Shown piece after piece: positions 49,645-59,641 of a DNA stretch of 64,000 bases (positions within the stretch are counted from its first letter, which is position 1; every line of letters begins with the position of its first letter). The stretch comes from Candidatus Omnitrophota bacterium (GTDB lineage: Bacteria > Omnitrophota > Gorgyraeia > Gygaellales > JAHJCI01): positions 6,072 to 70,071 of the forward strand of contig JADHWR010000001.1 of NCBI GenBank assembly GCA_016783355.1, read 5' to 3'. A program made the translations under genes and the position numbers. The notes under the pieces are model-generated. The model saw only the letters and a list, made by a program, of their open reading frames with translations, was not told the origin of the DNA and made no database searches.

Positions 49645-50727
49645 CTATCCTGACCACCATGCCGATATCTTTTCAAACACGCCGTATCTTAACAAATCAT
49701 TATAAAAAACAAAGGTTATCAACAGCAGAATAAAACTGAGCCCAATCTGAGTAATTATCTTCTCTGTGCGCACGCTAAGCCGTTTCTTTCGTATCTTTTC
49801 CAAAAACAGAAATAAAAGATGCCCCCCATCTAATACCGGCAGAGGCAGAAGATTAAAAATAGCCAAACTCATACTCAATAGGGCAACTACATTCAAAAGT
49901 GGCACAATGCCCAAATCAGCAGCTTCTTTGGTAATAAAAAATATCCCTAAGGGACCGGTTACTGATTCTTTAATCGATGTCCTGCCTATAATCATCCATC
50001 CGAGAGACCTAAGTATCAATCCAGTAAGAGATAATAACCTTGCGCCTCCCTGCCAAAATGACTGTATTGGCCCATACTTTGTGATAATAAAGTCCTCTTT
50101 GGGTTTTATGCCGATTAAGCCCACACTTTTTCTCTCTCCGAAAATGGTCTCTAACTCCTTCTGTTTGATTCTCACAGGCATATTCAACTGAGTGCTTCCT
50201 CGCATAACAGTTAAATGAACTGTCTCGGTCTCCTTTCTGCAATGAATTAATCTTTGCAGATCAGTCCAAAATTCTACCCTTTGATTATCCACAGCAACAA
50301 TCTTATCTTTCGGCATCAGTCCTGCATCTTTCGCCCCAAAACCATCAATAACCTCACCAATAGAAGAACCAAGCCTCGGAAAGCCTATAAAAAAGATTAA
50401 ACAGAAGCAAAAATAGGCCAAAACATAGTTCAATAATGGCCCATAGAAAATTATCCTTGCACGCGTCCGAATAGATTTTGAAAGATATTCATCCGGTTGA
50501 TTTTTAAATTCAGAGGGTGAATCACCAGCTAACTTTACATAACCGCCTAAGGGAATAGCGCATATTAAATATTCTGTTGTTCCTCTTCTCCAGCTAAATA
50601 TTTTTGGGCCAAACCCCAAAGAGAACTCATCAACACGCACTCCCATTCTCTTGGCAACAATAAAATGGCCAAATTCATGAACGATGATTAAAATGCTAAG
50701 AACGATGATAAAGATTATAATAGACAT
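49645..50727 (-). CDS. rseP: RIP metalloprotease RseP (site-2 protease)
   Basis: 360 aa. Has the HEFGHF zinc motif, a PDZ segment and NLLPLPVLDGGH. Confidence 0.92.
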   Translation of the reverse strand: MSIIIFIIVLSILIIVHEFGHFIVAKRMGVRVDEFSLGFGPKIFSWRRGTTEYLICAIPLGGYVKLAGDSPSEFKNQPDEYLSKSIRTRARIIFYGPLLNYVLAYFCFCLIFFIGFPRLGSSIGEVIDGFGAKDAGLMPKDKIVAVDNQRVEFWTDLQRLIHCRKETETVHLTVMRGSTQLNMPVRIKQKELETIFGERKSVGLIGIKPKEDFIITKYGPIQSFWQGGARLLSLTGLILRSLGWMIIGRTSIKESVTGPLGIFFITKEAADLGIVPLLNVVALLSMSLAIFNLLPLPVLDGGHLLFLFLEKIRKKRLSVRTEKIITQIGLSFILLLITFVFYNDLLRYGVFEKISAWWSG

Positions 50728-51863
50728 CTTTCTGCCTCCGCGCGCGCCCAGGCATTACAAGCAAGAACATCCTCTAAAGAGGGCTTCCCAATCTTTTTGT
50801 GTCTGCCTAACACCCTTTGAATAATCTTAGGTATTTTTAAGAAATCTATTCTTTGTCTTAAAAAGGCATCCACAGCTACCTCATTAGCGGCATTCAATAC
50901 ACAAGGCAAACTTCCCCTTTCCTTTGCTACATTAATTGCCAACCTCAGACAAGGAAATCTTCCCAAATCAGGCTTTTCAAAAGTAAGCTTTTTTAATTTA
51001 AAAAAATCCACCCCTCCTGCATAAGTCTTTCTTCGCTGGGGCCAGGTAAGGGCATACTGTATAGGAATACGCATATCAGCCCGGGAAAGCAAAGCAATCA
51101 CTACTCCATCAATAAATTCAACCATAGAATGAATAATAGCTTCGGGATGGATAATAACCTCTATTTGAGAAAAAGATAAGCCGAATAAACTCATTGTTTC
51201 CATAATCTCAAATCCCTTGTTCATTAATGTGGCTGAGTCCACTGTAATCTTTCTGCCCATATTCCAACGAGGGTGACAGAGAACCTGTTTGCGAGTTACC
51301 TGTTTTAACTCTTCAAAGGGCAGGTGATGAAACGGGCCGCCGGAACAGGTCAAATAAATTTGCTTAAGATTAAGTTTATCTTGACCCTCAAGACACTGCC
51401 AGATTGCTGACTGCTCACTATCTACCGGTAAAATTTTGGCTTTCGTTCTTTTTGCCTCCTCGATAATTAAATCCCCGGCCATAACAAGGGCTTCTTTATT
51501 GGCTAAAATAATTATCTTTTTTTTCTTAATTGCAGCTAAAAGAGGTAGTAGTCCAGCTGAGCCTGTGATTGCCAAAACCACAAGATCAACATCTTTATCT
51601 TCTACTATAGACAAGAGTCCTTCCTCTTCGACGCAGATTCTACAAGAAAAGGGGCCTTTCTCCTTCTTTAATTTCCGGAAAGCAGCTTCGTTAACAACGC
51701 AGGCTCTTTTCGGCCTGAATTGCCTAATCTGTCTTGCCAATGAATTTACATCTGAATATGTGCTTAAAGCAAAAACTTCAAAACCATCCCCCAGTGATTC
51801 GATCACCCCTAAGGTGTTTTTGCCTACAGAACCTGTTGAACCAAGAATAGCAACCCGTCTCAT
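50715..51863 (-). CDS. dxr: 1-deoxy-D-xylulose 5-phosphate reductoisomerase
   Basis: MRRVAILGSTGSVGKNTL is at the internal Met. NKE-type ANKEALV and HPEAIIHSMVEF are present. The track's N-terminal extension overlaps cdsA. Confidence 0.93.
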   Translation of the reverse strand: MRRVAILGSTGSVGKNTLGVIESLGDGFEVFALSTYSDVNSLARQIRQFRPKRACVVNEAAFRKLKKEKGPFSCRICVEEEGLLSIVEDKDVDLVVLAITGSAGLLPLLAAIKKKKIIILANKEALVMAGDLIIEEAKRTKAKILPVDSEQSAIWQCLEGQDKLNLKQIYLTCSGGPFHHLPFEELKQVTRKQVLCHPRWNMGRKITVDSATLMNKGFEIMETMSLFGLSFSQIEVIIHPEAIIHSMVEFIDGVVIALLSRADMRIPIQYALTWPQRRKTYAGGVDFFKLKKLTFEKPDLGRFPCLRLAINVAKERGSLPCVLNAANEVAVDAFLRQRIDFLKIPKIIQRVLGRHKKIGKPSLEDVLACNAWARAEAERCLL

Positions 51864-51864
51864 T

Positions 51865-52668
51865 TTATACCCCAAAATGCAACACCCAAAAATAAAACGC
51901 CGGTGCAGTAAAGAGAACGCTATCAATACAATCCAAAAATCCACCCAGGCCCGGAAAGATAGTTCCTGAATCCTTAACTTGGCAGTCTCGCTTCATTAAA
52001 GATTCGGATAAATCTCCGAGTTCCCCCATGATGCCCAAAAAAATTCCCAGTATAAAAAGATGTAAATAAGAAAAATTGAGGCCTCCCATAAGGGATTTGC
52101 AACTTAAACTTGTCAGGACAGCAAATAAAATTCCTCCTAATAGACCCTCAAGAGATTTTGTTGGACTTATCCGGGAGAAAGGTCGCCTTTTGCCAAATCG
52201 ATGACCTAACAAATATGCGCCAATATCGCCCGCTTTAGTAATTAATAAAACACTGGCTAATAATCCTGCTCCACCTGGTAAATACCTCAGTTTAATCAAA
52301 AAGGTCGTAAACCAGATAACATAAAAAATCCCAAACATCGTCACAGAAATACCGACAATTACACCTGAATTTTCTCCGCGCTTAAAGTGGATCAAGATTA
52401 GAACTACTAAAACAAAACTTATGAGCAGCAATTCCCAGCCTTTTGTCAATTCAAAATGTAAAGATGTAGAAACTAAAACAACTGCACCAACTGCCATGCC
52501 GAAATATTTAAAGATTTCAATCCCTTTTTTCTCAATCATCGTAAAAAATTCATATAAAGCACCGAGGGCAAAAATACCAATCACTAATGCAGAAAGCCAG
52601 TTGATACTTACAGCAAAGCCAATAATTGAAATTAAGATTAAAGAGCTAATTATGCGTCGAATAAGCAT
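51865..52668 (-). CDS. cdsA: phosphatidate cytidylyltransferase
   Basis: 267 aa and multi-TM. The C-terminal signature is SLMKRDCQVKDSGTIFPGLGGFLDCIDS. Note Leu and Cys where I recall His and Arg/Lys in the family signature. Confidence 0.85.
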   Translation of the reverse strand: MLIRRIISSLILISIIGFAVSINWLSALVIGIFALGALYEFFTMIEKKGIEIFKYFGMAVGAVVLVSTSLHFELTKGWELLLISFVLVVLILIHFKRGENSGVIVGISVTMFGIFYVIWFTTFLIKLRYLPGGAGLLASVLLITKAGDIGAYLLGHRFGKRRPFSRISPTKSLEGLLGGILFAVLTSLSCKSLMGGLNFSYLHLFILGIFLGIMGELGDLSESLMKRDCQVKDSGTIFPGLGGFLDCIDSVLFTAPAFYFWVLHFGV

Positions 52669-52669
52669 T

Positions 52670-53422
52670 TTATTCCTTAATCCTTCGTCTTCGTCCTTCG
52701 CTTCGCTCAGGACTAATCTCTCCGAAGCGGCGATGCCTTTCTTGGTAATCCTTGATTGCCTCGCTCAAATCCTCTTTTTTAAAATCAGGCCAGTAAATTT
52801 TAGTAAAATAAAGCTCGGCGTAAGATGCCTGCCAGAGTAAAAAATTGCTCAACCGTAGCTCTGCGCCTGTGCGGATTAAAAGGTCAAGCTCAGGCAAGTT
52901 ACGAGTATAAAGGAATTGAGAAAAGACCCTCTCATTTAAGGTCTTTATCCAATCAGGGGATTTAGTTGCTAATTCAATAATCTGACGACAGGCATCAACA
53001 ATCTCTTGCCGGGCTCCATAATTTAATGCCAGAACCAGAGTCATCCCCGTGTTTTTTGCAGTGAGCTCTTGCGCTTTCTTAATCTTAAATAAAAGCCGCT
53101 CTGAGAGAGACACGCTTCGGCCAATAACGCGAAAACGCAGGTTATCTTTATTTAATTCCTTAATGTCATTATCTAAAAAATGAGAAAAAGCCCTCATTAA
53201 CATATCTACTTCTTTTTTTGGTCTTTGCCAATTCTCGCAGGAAAAGGCAAACAATGTCAGAGTCTCAATCCCTAACTGATTTGCTGCCCTGGTAATCTCC
53301 TTTATTCGCTTCATGCCTTTTCTGTGACCTGCACTGCGCATAAGCCTTCTCATCTTCGCCCAACGGCCATTACCATCCATTATTATAGCAACGTGTTTAG
53401 GAATGTTGTTTTTATCTAACAT
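52670..53422 (-). CDS. uppS: undecaprenyl diphosphate synthase
   Basis: Has HVAIIMDGNGRWA, LTLFAFS.ENW.RP and the DLLIRTG-like motif. The start is taken at the ATG (MLDKNN); the track start is a GTG five codons upstream. Confidence 0.93.
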   Translation of the reverse strand: MLDKNNIPKHVAIIMDGNGRWAKMRRLMRSAGHRKGMKRIKEITRAANQLGIETLTLFAFSCENWQRPKKEVDMLMRAFSHFLDNDIKELNKDNLRFRVIGRSVSLSERLLFKIKKAQELTAKNTGMTLVLALNYGARQEIVDACRQIIELATKSPDWIKTLNERVFSQFLYTRNLPELDLLIRTGAELRLSNFLLWQASYAELYFTKIYWPDFKKEDLSEAIKDYQERHRRFGEISPERSEGRRRRIKE

Positions 53423-53452
53423 TGAAACGCCTTGCACTTTACGCCTTGCGCT

Positions 53453-55030
53453 TTATTGATGGACTCGATAATCTATATTGGCAAATATATTATCCCTATA
53501 TTCGATCTCAGAAAGCCAATGTTCATCAATAGAGTTTCCCTTTATCTCCTCAAAAAGCCGATTAAATCTTAAAAGATGCTGCTTTGTGCGAAGCACAGCA
53601 TAATCAACATGCGTACCTGTTGCCATAATAAAAGCCCAATCAGAGCTCTGCGAAAGCAATAATTCTCGCAGCGCCTGATTTAAGGCTCTTTTTAATAATC
53701 CAGATGCTTGAGGGTGGAACTTTACCAATTCAGTCATACGCTCTGAGGCTTCGTCTAAATGCCGGTAAATCCAGTCGTTTGTGCCTTGTAACCAAACCTC
53801 AGAATAACCCTTCCAGCCCCAACTGGAAAAAGAAGGGCTAACTTTCTGATGGCGGGGATTCTCTCTAAGATATTCGGATGGGGTAACCATTTTAATAATG
53901 TCCTGATCAAAATAGAGTTTGCGAATAAGAAAATCAAGCCATTGTGGGCCTTCAAACCACCAATGTCCAAATAATTCTGCATCATAGGGAGAAACAATAA
54001 TCGGCTTCTTTTGCAAAAAATCATAAAGATACTCTATTTGCTTCTGGCGATTAAAGATGAAATTGCCTGCATGCTCTGCTGCTTTATCTGTGGCCCTGCT
54101 TGGAATATAAACCTGCTTATCATTTGTTGCTGCAGTTATGCGATAATATTTTATTCCTGTAGCTATACGCGCGCCATCAAGATGAATATAATCTTTTATA
54201 TACTCAAGATCTAAATCAAAACCAATGTCCCGGTAGAAATCACGGTAGAAATAATCGCCAGGATACCCCTCGATTGAAGACCAAACCTGCTTCGAAGATT
54301 CAAGGTCCCGGCCAAAACAGGCAACGCCGGATTTACAATAAACAGGAGCAAATGCCCCATATTTAGGCCGTGGCTGGCCATGTAAAAGGCCATGAGCATC
54401 GACAAAGAAGTAATTTATGCCTTCGTCTTTTAGGAGTTGGTCATCGCCGGGCTGATAGCCACATTCAGGAAGCCAGATACCTTTAGGATCCCTGCCAAAG
54501 CTCTCTTTATAATGCTGACAGGCAACCTTAAGCTGGGCACGCACAGAAGGTTTTGTTGCCTCCATCAAGGGAAAGTAACCATGGGTTGCAGCAGAGGTGA
54601 TAATTTCAAGGTTACCGATGTCCTGAAAATATTTAAAGGCATTGATCAGGTTCTTTTGATAACGCAAAAATGTCTCTTTTGCTCGTTTAAAAATCTCTAG
54701 GTACATATGAGCCAGTTGATTAAACTCCGGTTGCCAACGAGTGCGCTCTGTCTCCTTAGAAGCCAACTCAATCAGGTTATTTATATGTTTTAGATACCGC
54801 TCTTGAAGCAAGGAATCAGAAAACATACTTAGAAGTGTAGGGCTCAAAGACAAAGTCATGCGAAAATCTACGTTGTCTCTTAATAAACCTTCGAATACCC
54901 GGATTAAAGGAATATAGGTTTCAGTTATTGCCTCATAAAGCCACCTCTCCTCTAAAAATTTTTCATGCTCAGGGTGCCGCACATAAGGAAGGTGACTGTG
55001 TAAAATTAAACATAAATAACCTTTATTCAT
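53453..55030 (-). CDS. glycoside hydrolase family 57 protein (GH57 alpha-glucan branching-enzyme type)
   Basis: 525 aa. Has LILHSHLPYVRHPE, YDAELFGHWWFEG and a C-terminal DUF1957-like region. Confidence 0.82.
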   Translation of the reverse strand: MNKGYLCLILHSHLPYVRHPEHEKFLEERWLYEAITETYIPLIRVFEGLLRDNVDFRMTLSLSPTLLSMFSDSLLQERYLKHINNLIELASKETERTRWQPEFNQLAHMYLEIFKRAKETFLRYQKNLINAFKYFQDIGNLEIITSAATHGYFPLMEATKPSVRAQLKVACQHYKESFGRDPKGIWLPECGYQPGDDQLLKDEGINYFFVDAHGLLHGQPRPKYGAFAPVYCKSGVACFGRDLESSKQVWSSIEGYPGDYFYRDFYRDIGFDLDLEYIKDYIHLDGARIATGIKYYRITAATNDKQVYIPSRATDKAAEHAGNFIFNRQKQIEYLYDFLQKKPIIVSPYDAELFGHWWFEGPQWLDFLIRKLYFDQDIIKMVTPSEYLRENPRHQKVSPSFSSWGWKGYSEVWLQGTNDWIYRHLDEASERMTELVKFHPQASGLLKRALNQALRELLLSQSSDWAFIMATGTHVDYAVLRTKQHLLRFNRLFEEIKGNSIDEHWLSEIEYRDNIFANIDYRVHQ

Positions 55031-55044
55031 ATTTAGTTAATTTG

Positions 55045-55731
55045 TTAATCGGGTATGACTTGTTTGCTGTCAGGCAGGAAAATCGGCTTTCCCCTTTTTA
55101 CCGGACTAGCGCCGACACCTACTCCATAAAGCCGGGCAAACATATCCTCCGTAACCATCCACTCTTGATCATTAATGCAAGAGGGGCCGGCAATTGGAGT
55201 AGAGACTATATTTGAACGCACAATCGTAAGAAATCTATTATCAGGCAAAAGTAATCCTAAATCAACACACCAGCTGCGCGCTGGTGTCTTTGTCTCAATA
55301 TGCCAATTATTGGCAAAAGAGTTAACTACAATATCAAAGAAAGAATGAGCGTTACTGCCATCAAAGATAGTATCCGTGGTATCATAAACACGTAAGATTA
55401 TCTTTGTCTTCTCATCCAAAGATGGCGTTTCCCTCCTCAACTTTTCCCACGTGGATTCGGTAATTTCCCAATAGGCATAAATCCAGTAGGGGTCACGCAC
55501 CCGTAAAACAATCTTATCCTTGCCATAACCTGTGGGTAGCTGTTGGGGCTTATCAATCTTTTGCACTTCCCGCTTCGGCTCTCTATAAAACCTGGGTTGA
55601 GTAACCTTCTCTTGCACTGCAATCTTGCTTCTAACGGCCTGCTTTTTCCCTCTTGTCCATTTTGCTATTGAGCCCGCCTTTCTGATTACTTCTTTAAAAG
55701 CATCTTTAACGCGTTGTGCTAACCGTCTCAT
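55045..55731 (-). CDS. DUF4912 domain protein (frequent GH57 neighbour)
   Basis: Has DKIVLRVRDPYWIYAYWEI...W. The start is taken at MRRLAQ (55731). The upstream part of the track ORF is the translated hairpin repeat. Confidence 0.7.
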   Translation of the reverse strand: MRRLAQRVKDAFKEVIRKAGSIAKWTRGKKQAVRSKIAVQEKVTQPRFYREPKREVQKIDKPQQLPTGYGKDKIVLRVRDPYWIYAYWEITESTWEKLRRETPSLDEKTKIILRVYDTTDTIFDGSNAHSFFDIVVNSFANNWHIETKTPARSWCVDLGLLLPDNRFLTIVRSNIVSTPIAGPSCINDQEWMVTEDMFARLYGVGVGASPVKRGKPIFLPDSKQVIPD

Positions 55732-55746
55732 ATCTCTGCCCTCCCG

Positions 55747-55800
55747 CCCTGTACCATACGGTACAGGGCCCGCTCCGTACCATACGGTACAGGGCCCGCT
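55747..55800. repeat. Tandem (27+26 bp) GC-rich hairpin repeat just upstream of the DUF4912 SD
   Basis: Reads ccctgtaccatacggtacagggcccgct / ccgtaccatacggtacagggcccgct. The first unit has a perfect 9-bp stem (CCCTGTACC/GGTACAGGG). Confidence 0.85.
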
Positions 55801-55826
55801 TGTTGTCAAATGTGGAGACCTGACCC

Positions 55827-56225
55827 CTATTTTTCTTGGGCAACTTCAGCGGTTTCTTTAAGCAATGACTCTTTTAAATCTTCCTCTAATTTTTCTTTTA
55901 ATCTTTTTGTCTTTTCTAAATCTTCTTTTAATGTCTTGTTTTCTGAAATTAACTGATTTAATTTATCAACTGTCAGTTGATGTTGTATTTTTTCCTGATT
56001 AAATTCTTCTCGAATTTTTGCTAAAGCCTGTTTTAATTCTGGAATTTCTTTTGTGAAGCTCAATTTCTCTTCCTCTAAAGTCATACGACTTGCTCTTTCT
56101 TGATTGACTAAGTGTCTCTGTCTTTTTGCCCCCAAACAAGAATGAATGGTAGAAAGAAAAAAGATTATAGCTAATATCCCGAGAATTAAAATTAATCTAT
56201 TTTTTAGATCTTCATTCATAACCAT
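55827..56225 (-). CDS. membrane-anchored coiled-coil protein, function unknown
   Basis: 132 aa. An N-terminal TM helix (LILILGILAIIFFL) is followed by a heptad-rich K/E/L sequence. Confidence 0.6.
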   Translation of the reverse strand: MVMNEDLKNRLILILGILAIIFFLSTIHSCLGAKRQRHLVNQERASRMTLEEEKLSFTKEIPELKQALAKIREEFNQEKIQHQLTVDKLNQLISENKTLKEDLEKTKRLKEKLEEDLKESLLKETAEVAQEK

Positions 56226-56232
56226 ACCTCCC

Positions 56233-56922
56233 CTATTTTATATTCTCCACCGGCTCTTCAAGTTCGATAATTTCAATTTCCTCCTCCCCTTCTAAAACTG
56301 TTGCTGGTTCTTCTAAATCTTTTGTCTCTTTGACCTTAATCATCTTCGGCAGAATTACTACTTCCACACGACGATTTAGCTGCTTACCTTCTTTTGTGTC
56401 ATTAGAGGCTACAGGCTGATACTCACCGTAGCCAACTGCCGAAGCACGCTGGGGCGAAATTCCCTTTTTATCAACAAGATAATGCAATGTACTTAAAGCT
56501 CGCGCTGTGGATAATTCCCAATTCGACTTCCAACCAGAATATCTAATTGGTTCGTTATCAGTATGTCCTTCAATACCAATAAGATATTGCGACACATTTT
56601 CTTTTAAAACACGGGCGACCTTATCTAAAATTGGAAAGGATTCTGAGCGTAGCTTCGCTTTGCCCGAATCATACAAGATATCTGCCAAAAAGGTAATCAC
56701 CAAACCTCTTTCAGCCATCTCCAACCGTACTTCTTTACGAGCAATCTCCTCTTTGAGACGCTGCTGAAGCAACTGGTGGACGTTTCTTAAATATCCTATT
56801 TCTTGCGAAAGTTCATCGATCTTCTCAATATCTGAACGTCTACCCGCTTGAAATTTAAACATGCAGCCCGCTAAACTTACTGTCATAAAAAATACAGCCA
56901 ATACTAATGCTTTTTTCTTCAT
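56233..56922 (-). CDS. OmpA/MotB-domain lipoprotein
   Basis: 229 aa. Has a lipobox-like LAGC and an OmpA C-like domain (F..G.A.L......L..VA..L.......I.IEGHTDN.P........NWELS.ARA......L......NRRVEVVI). Confidence 0.85.
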   Translation of the reverse strand: MKKKALVLAVFFMTVSLAGCMFKFQAGRRSDIEKIDELSQEIGYLRNVHQLLQQRLKEEIARKEVRLEMAERGLVITFLADILYDSGKAKLRSESFPILDKVARVLKENVSQYLIGIEGHTDNEPIRYSGWKSNWELSTARALSTLHYLVDKKGISPQRASAVGYGEYQPVASNDTKEGKQLNRRVEVVILPKMIKVKETKDLEEPATVLEGEEEIEIIELEEPVENIK

Positions 56923-56937
56923 CGCTCCTACCTCCTC

Positions 56938-57031
56938 AATGAGTCCGCCAAAGTTCGTTGGCGGACGAATTGATCCCGCCGAATGCTCTAAAATTATCAG
57001 GGAGAATTTTAGAGCAGTTTATGAGGCGGGG
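56938..57031 (-). promoter_or_regulatory. Two-hairpin leader element, copy 2 (immediately upstream of the OmpA-like gene SD)
   Basis: The plus strand reads aatgagtccgccaaagttcgttggcggacgaattgatcccgccgaatgctctaaaattatcagggagaattttagagcagtttatgaggcgggg. On the minus strand it is followed by CUCAUUGAGGAGG-N8-AUG. Confidence 0.7.
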
Positions 57032-57116
57032 TATGTACATTATTTGGGTCATTCCATAAGTCTCGTCCTTACTTATTTTAAATTATATCTATACCTTCGT
57101 CAATATCTATAAATTT

Positions 57117-58388
57117 CTATATTCTGACTGTCTGGTTACGCTGCGAACCCAAAGAAATCATGAATATCTTTATCCGAAGTAAATCTTGAATGGCTTTAAT
57201 ATAAACCTTCGTATTTTTTGGTAATTTGCGATATTCTGTAATAGTAGAAATATCTTCTTGCCAACTGGGATATTCCTGCCAGATAAGCCTTCCTTTCTCT
57301 AATACGTCTAAATCATCATAAGGGTAATTTCTAAACATCTTGCCCTTATATTTATAAGCAATACAGATCTTAATCTTTTTTAACCCTCCCAAAACATCAA
57401 GCTTTGTAATGGCAAGTTCAGAAACCCTATTAACTGAAGCGGCTGTGGATACCATTACTGCATCAAACCAACCACAACGCCGTGGTCTGCCTGTGGTTGC
57501 GCCAAATTCATTTCCTTTTTTACGCATAAATTCACTAAATTTTTTGGATAATTCTGTAGGAAAAGGACCTTCACCTACTCGCGTCGTATAACTCTTTGCT
57601 ACGCCAATTATTTTATCTATAGAAGTTGGCGCAATGCCGCAACCACTGGCAGCCCCGCCAGCAGTAGTAGTTGAGGATGTTACATAAGGATAAGTTCCAA
57701 AGTCAATATCAAGAAATGTTCCTTGGGCGCCTTCAAAAAGCAAAGACTTTTTTTTCTTTATCGCCTCGTTTAAAAAACGACTGACATCAATAATATATGG
57801 CTTTATTGCTTTGCCGTAGTCTAAATATGTTTTATATATTGAATTAAAAGAAAAACCGCCAAAGCCATAGACCTTACGAAAAATTTCATTCTTCTCTTTA
57901 AGATTATCCTTGAGCTTGCGAGAAAAAACATCGGGGTTTATGAGGTCAATTACCCTTATGCCACAACGATTAATCTTATCAGCATAGCAGGGGCCAATGC
58001 CTCTGCCTGTTGTACCAATCCGGCGAATTCTTCTTTTTTCCCGAAGAACATCCATTATCTTATGATACGGAAATATTATGTGCGAAAGAGAAGATATCTT
58101 TAATCTGCTATTAATATTGTAGCCCTTATCCTTAAAGGCCTCAATCTCTTTAAATAAAATCTCTGGGTCAACAACTACCCCATTGCCAATAACACAAATT
58201 TTGCCTTTATGCAGAATTCCGGAAGGAAGAAGATGAAAGATATGCGCCTGCGTATCAACGACAACTGTATGACCGGCGTTACTGCCTCCTTGAAAACGAA
58301 TGATACAATCAGAATCCTCAGCTAAGAAATCAATTATTTTCCCCTTGCCTTCGTCTCCCCATTGTGTGCCGATAATAACGGTATTCAT
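57117..58388 (-). CDS. purA: adenylosuccinate synthetase
   Basis: 423 aa. Has GTQWGDEGKGKIID, GTTGRGIGP.Y and the GATTGRPRRCGW motifs. Confidence 0.95.
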   Translation of the reverse strand: MNTVIIGTQWGDEGKGKIIDFLAEDSDCIIRFQGGSNAGHTVVVDTQAHIFHLLPSGILHKGKICVIGNGVVVDPEILFKEIEAFKDKGYNINSRLKISSLSHIIFPYHKIMDVLREKRRIRRIGTTGRGIGPCYADKINRCGIRVIDLINPDVFSRKLKDNLKEKNEIFRKVYGFGGFSFNSIYKTYLDYGKAIKPYIIDVSRFLNEAIKKKKSLLFEGAQGTFLDIDFGTYPYVTSSTTTAGGAASGCGIAPTSIDKIIGVAKSYTTRVGEGPFPTELSKKFSEFMRKKGNEFGATTGRPRRCGWFDAVMVSTAASVNRVSELAITKLDVLGGLKKIKICIAYKYKGKMFRNYPYDDLDVLEKGRLIWQEYPSWQEDISTITEYRKLPKNTKVYIKAIQDLLRIKIFMISLGSQRNQTVRI

Positions 58389-58390
58389 TG

Positions 58391-59632
58391 TTAAGGATTC
58401 ATTGTAAATATCTTTTCTGCAATCTCTGGATATTTGGCAACAAATTTTAATTCCTCGTCAATAAGGGGTTTCTGATTATGAACATTGGCATAACGCACAA
58501 GTTCCAGGACACGTATTGCTTGCGCATCATCTTTAAATTTAACCTCTAATTTCTCATAAACATTCCTAAATCCCTTAATTCCTGAATACTCGCCTGCTGT
58601 AATCTTACGGCCTGTTTCAACAACCTCTGGTTCACCCCTACCCAATTCCTCAAAATCATAAAGTTCGTAATTGCGCCTATCCTTCAATGCCCCATCCGCA
58701 TGAATTCCTGACTCGTGGGCAAAGGCATTGCTGCCCACGCCTGGTTGATTAATTGGTATCGGCACACCAAAGGCATAAGAGGCATATTTGCATAATTTCC
58801 AGGTATATTTCAAACTAATGCGCTCATCCAATTTATATTTGTCCTTTAATCTACTCCCATACTTTATTGCTAATATAACCGGAATCAAATCAGCATTTCC
58901 CGCACGCTCGCCCATTCCATTAATACACGTGTTAATATAAGCATCGAACCCTGCATCATTAACTGCCATTGCACCTACCACTGAATTGGCCACAGCCAAA
59001 CCCAGATCATTATGACAGTGTAGTTCAATAGGCATCTGCGCTGCTTGCGTTAATTGCTTAACTCGCTCATAAATACTAAAGGGGGAATCATATCCTAATG
59101 TATCGCAATATCTAATCCTGTCTGCCCCTGCTCCTTTTGCCACAAGAGCAAACTCAATTAAATATTCCATACGCGTCCGCGAAGCATCCTCAGCATTCAC
59201 GCCTATTGATTTTATGCCTTTTTTCTTTGCTTCTTTTACTGCCTTGGCCATCTCAGTAATTACCTTTCTGTGGTCAAGTCTGCCCTTAAATTTATGAATA
59301 ATCATCTGGTCGGATGTAGAAATAGAAAGGTTAAGATGTTCTATCTTTGGCGTTAGCTGAAAGGTAGCCTTCACATCCTGCGCTGTTGCCCGAATCCAGC
59401 CGCTTAAGCGAATTGGCGACAAAACACCCATCCGGGCTAACTCTAAATTGGCATTAATGTAGTTTGTTTCATGATGGGTAAAAGGAAAACCAAACTCAGA
59501 TTGAAATATACCCATCTTATTAAGATAGACATTAATCATTGTTTTTTGTAGTTTGGAAAGGCATATTCGCGAAGTCTGTACTCCATCACGGTTGGTAACA
59601 TCAATTATGTAAATTTTGGGGTTGTTTTCCAT
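58391..59632 (-). CDS. homocitrate/isopropylmalate/citramalate synthase family protein (HMGL-like, no LeuA regulatory domain)
   Basis: 413 aa. Has D.T.RDG.Q, CDT.G and the HCHND.G.A.AN motifs. The exact substrate cannot be called from sequence alone. Confidence 0.75.
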   Translation of the reverse strand: MENNPKIYIIDVTNRDGVQTSRICLSKLQKTMINVYLNKMGIFQSEFGFPFTHHETNYINANLELARMGVLSPIRLSGWIRATAQDVKATFQLTPKIEHLNLSISTSDQMIIHKFKGRLDHRKVITEMAKAVKEAKKKGIKSIGVNAEDASRTRMEYLIEFALVAKGAGADRIRYCDTLGYDSPFSIYERVKQLTQAAQMPIELHCHNDLGLAVANSVVGAMAVNDAGFDAYINTCINGMGERAGNADLIPVILAIKYGSRLKDKYKLDERISLKYTWKLCKYASYAFGVPIPINQPGVGSNAFAHESGIHADGALKDRRNYELYDFEELGRGEPEVVETGRKITAGEYSGIKGFRNVYEKLEVKFKDDAQAIRVLELVRYANVHNQKPLIDEELKFVAKYPEIAEKIFTMNP

Positions 59633-59641
59633 TGCTTCACC

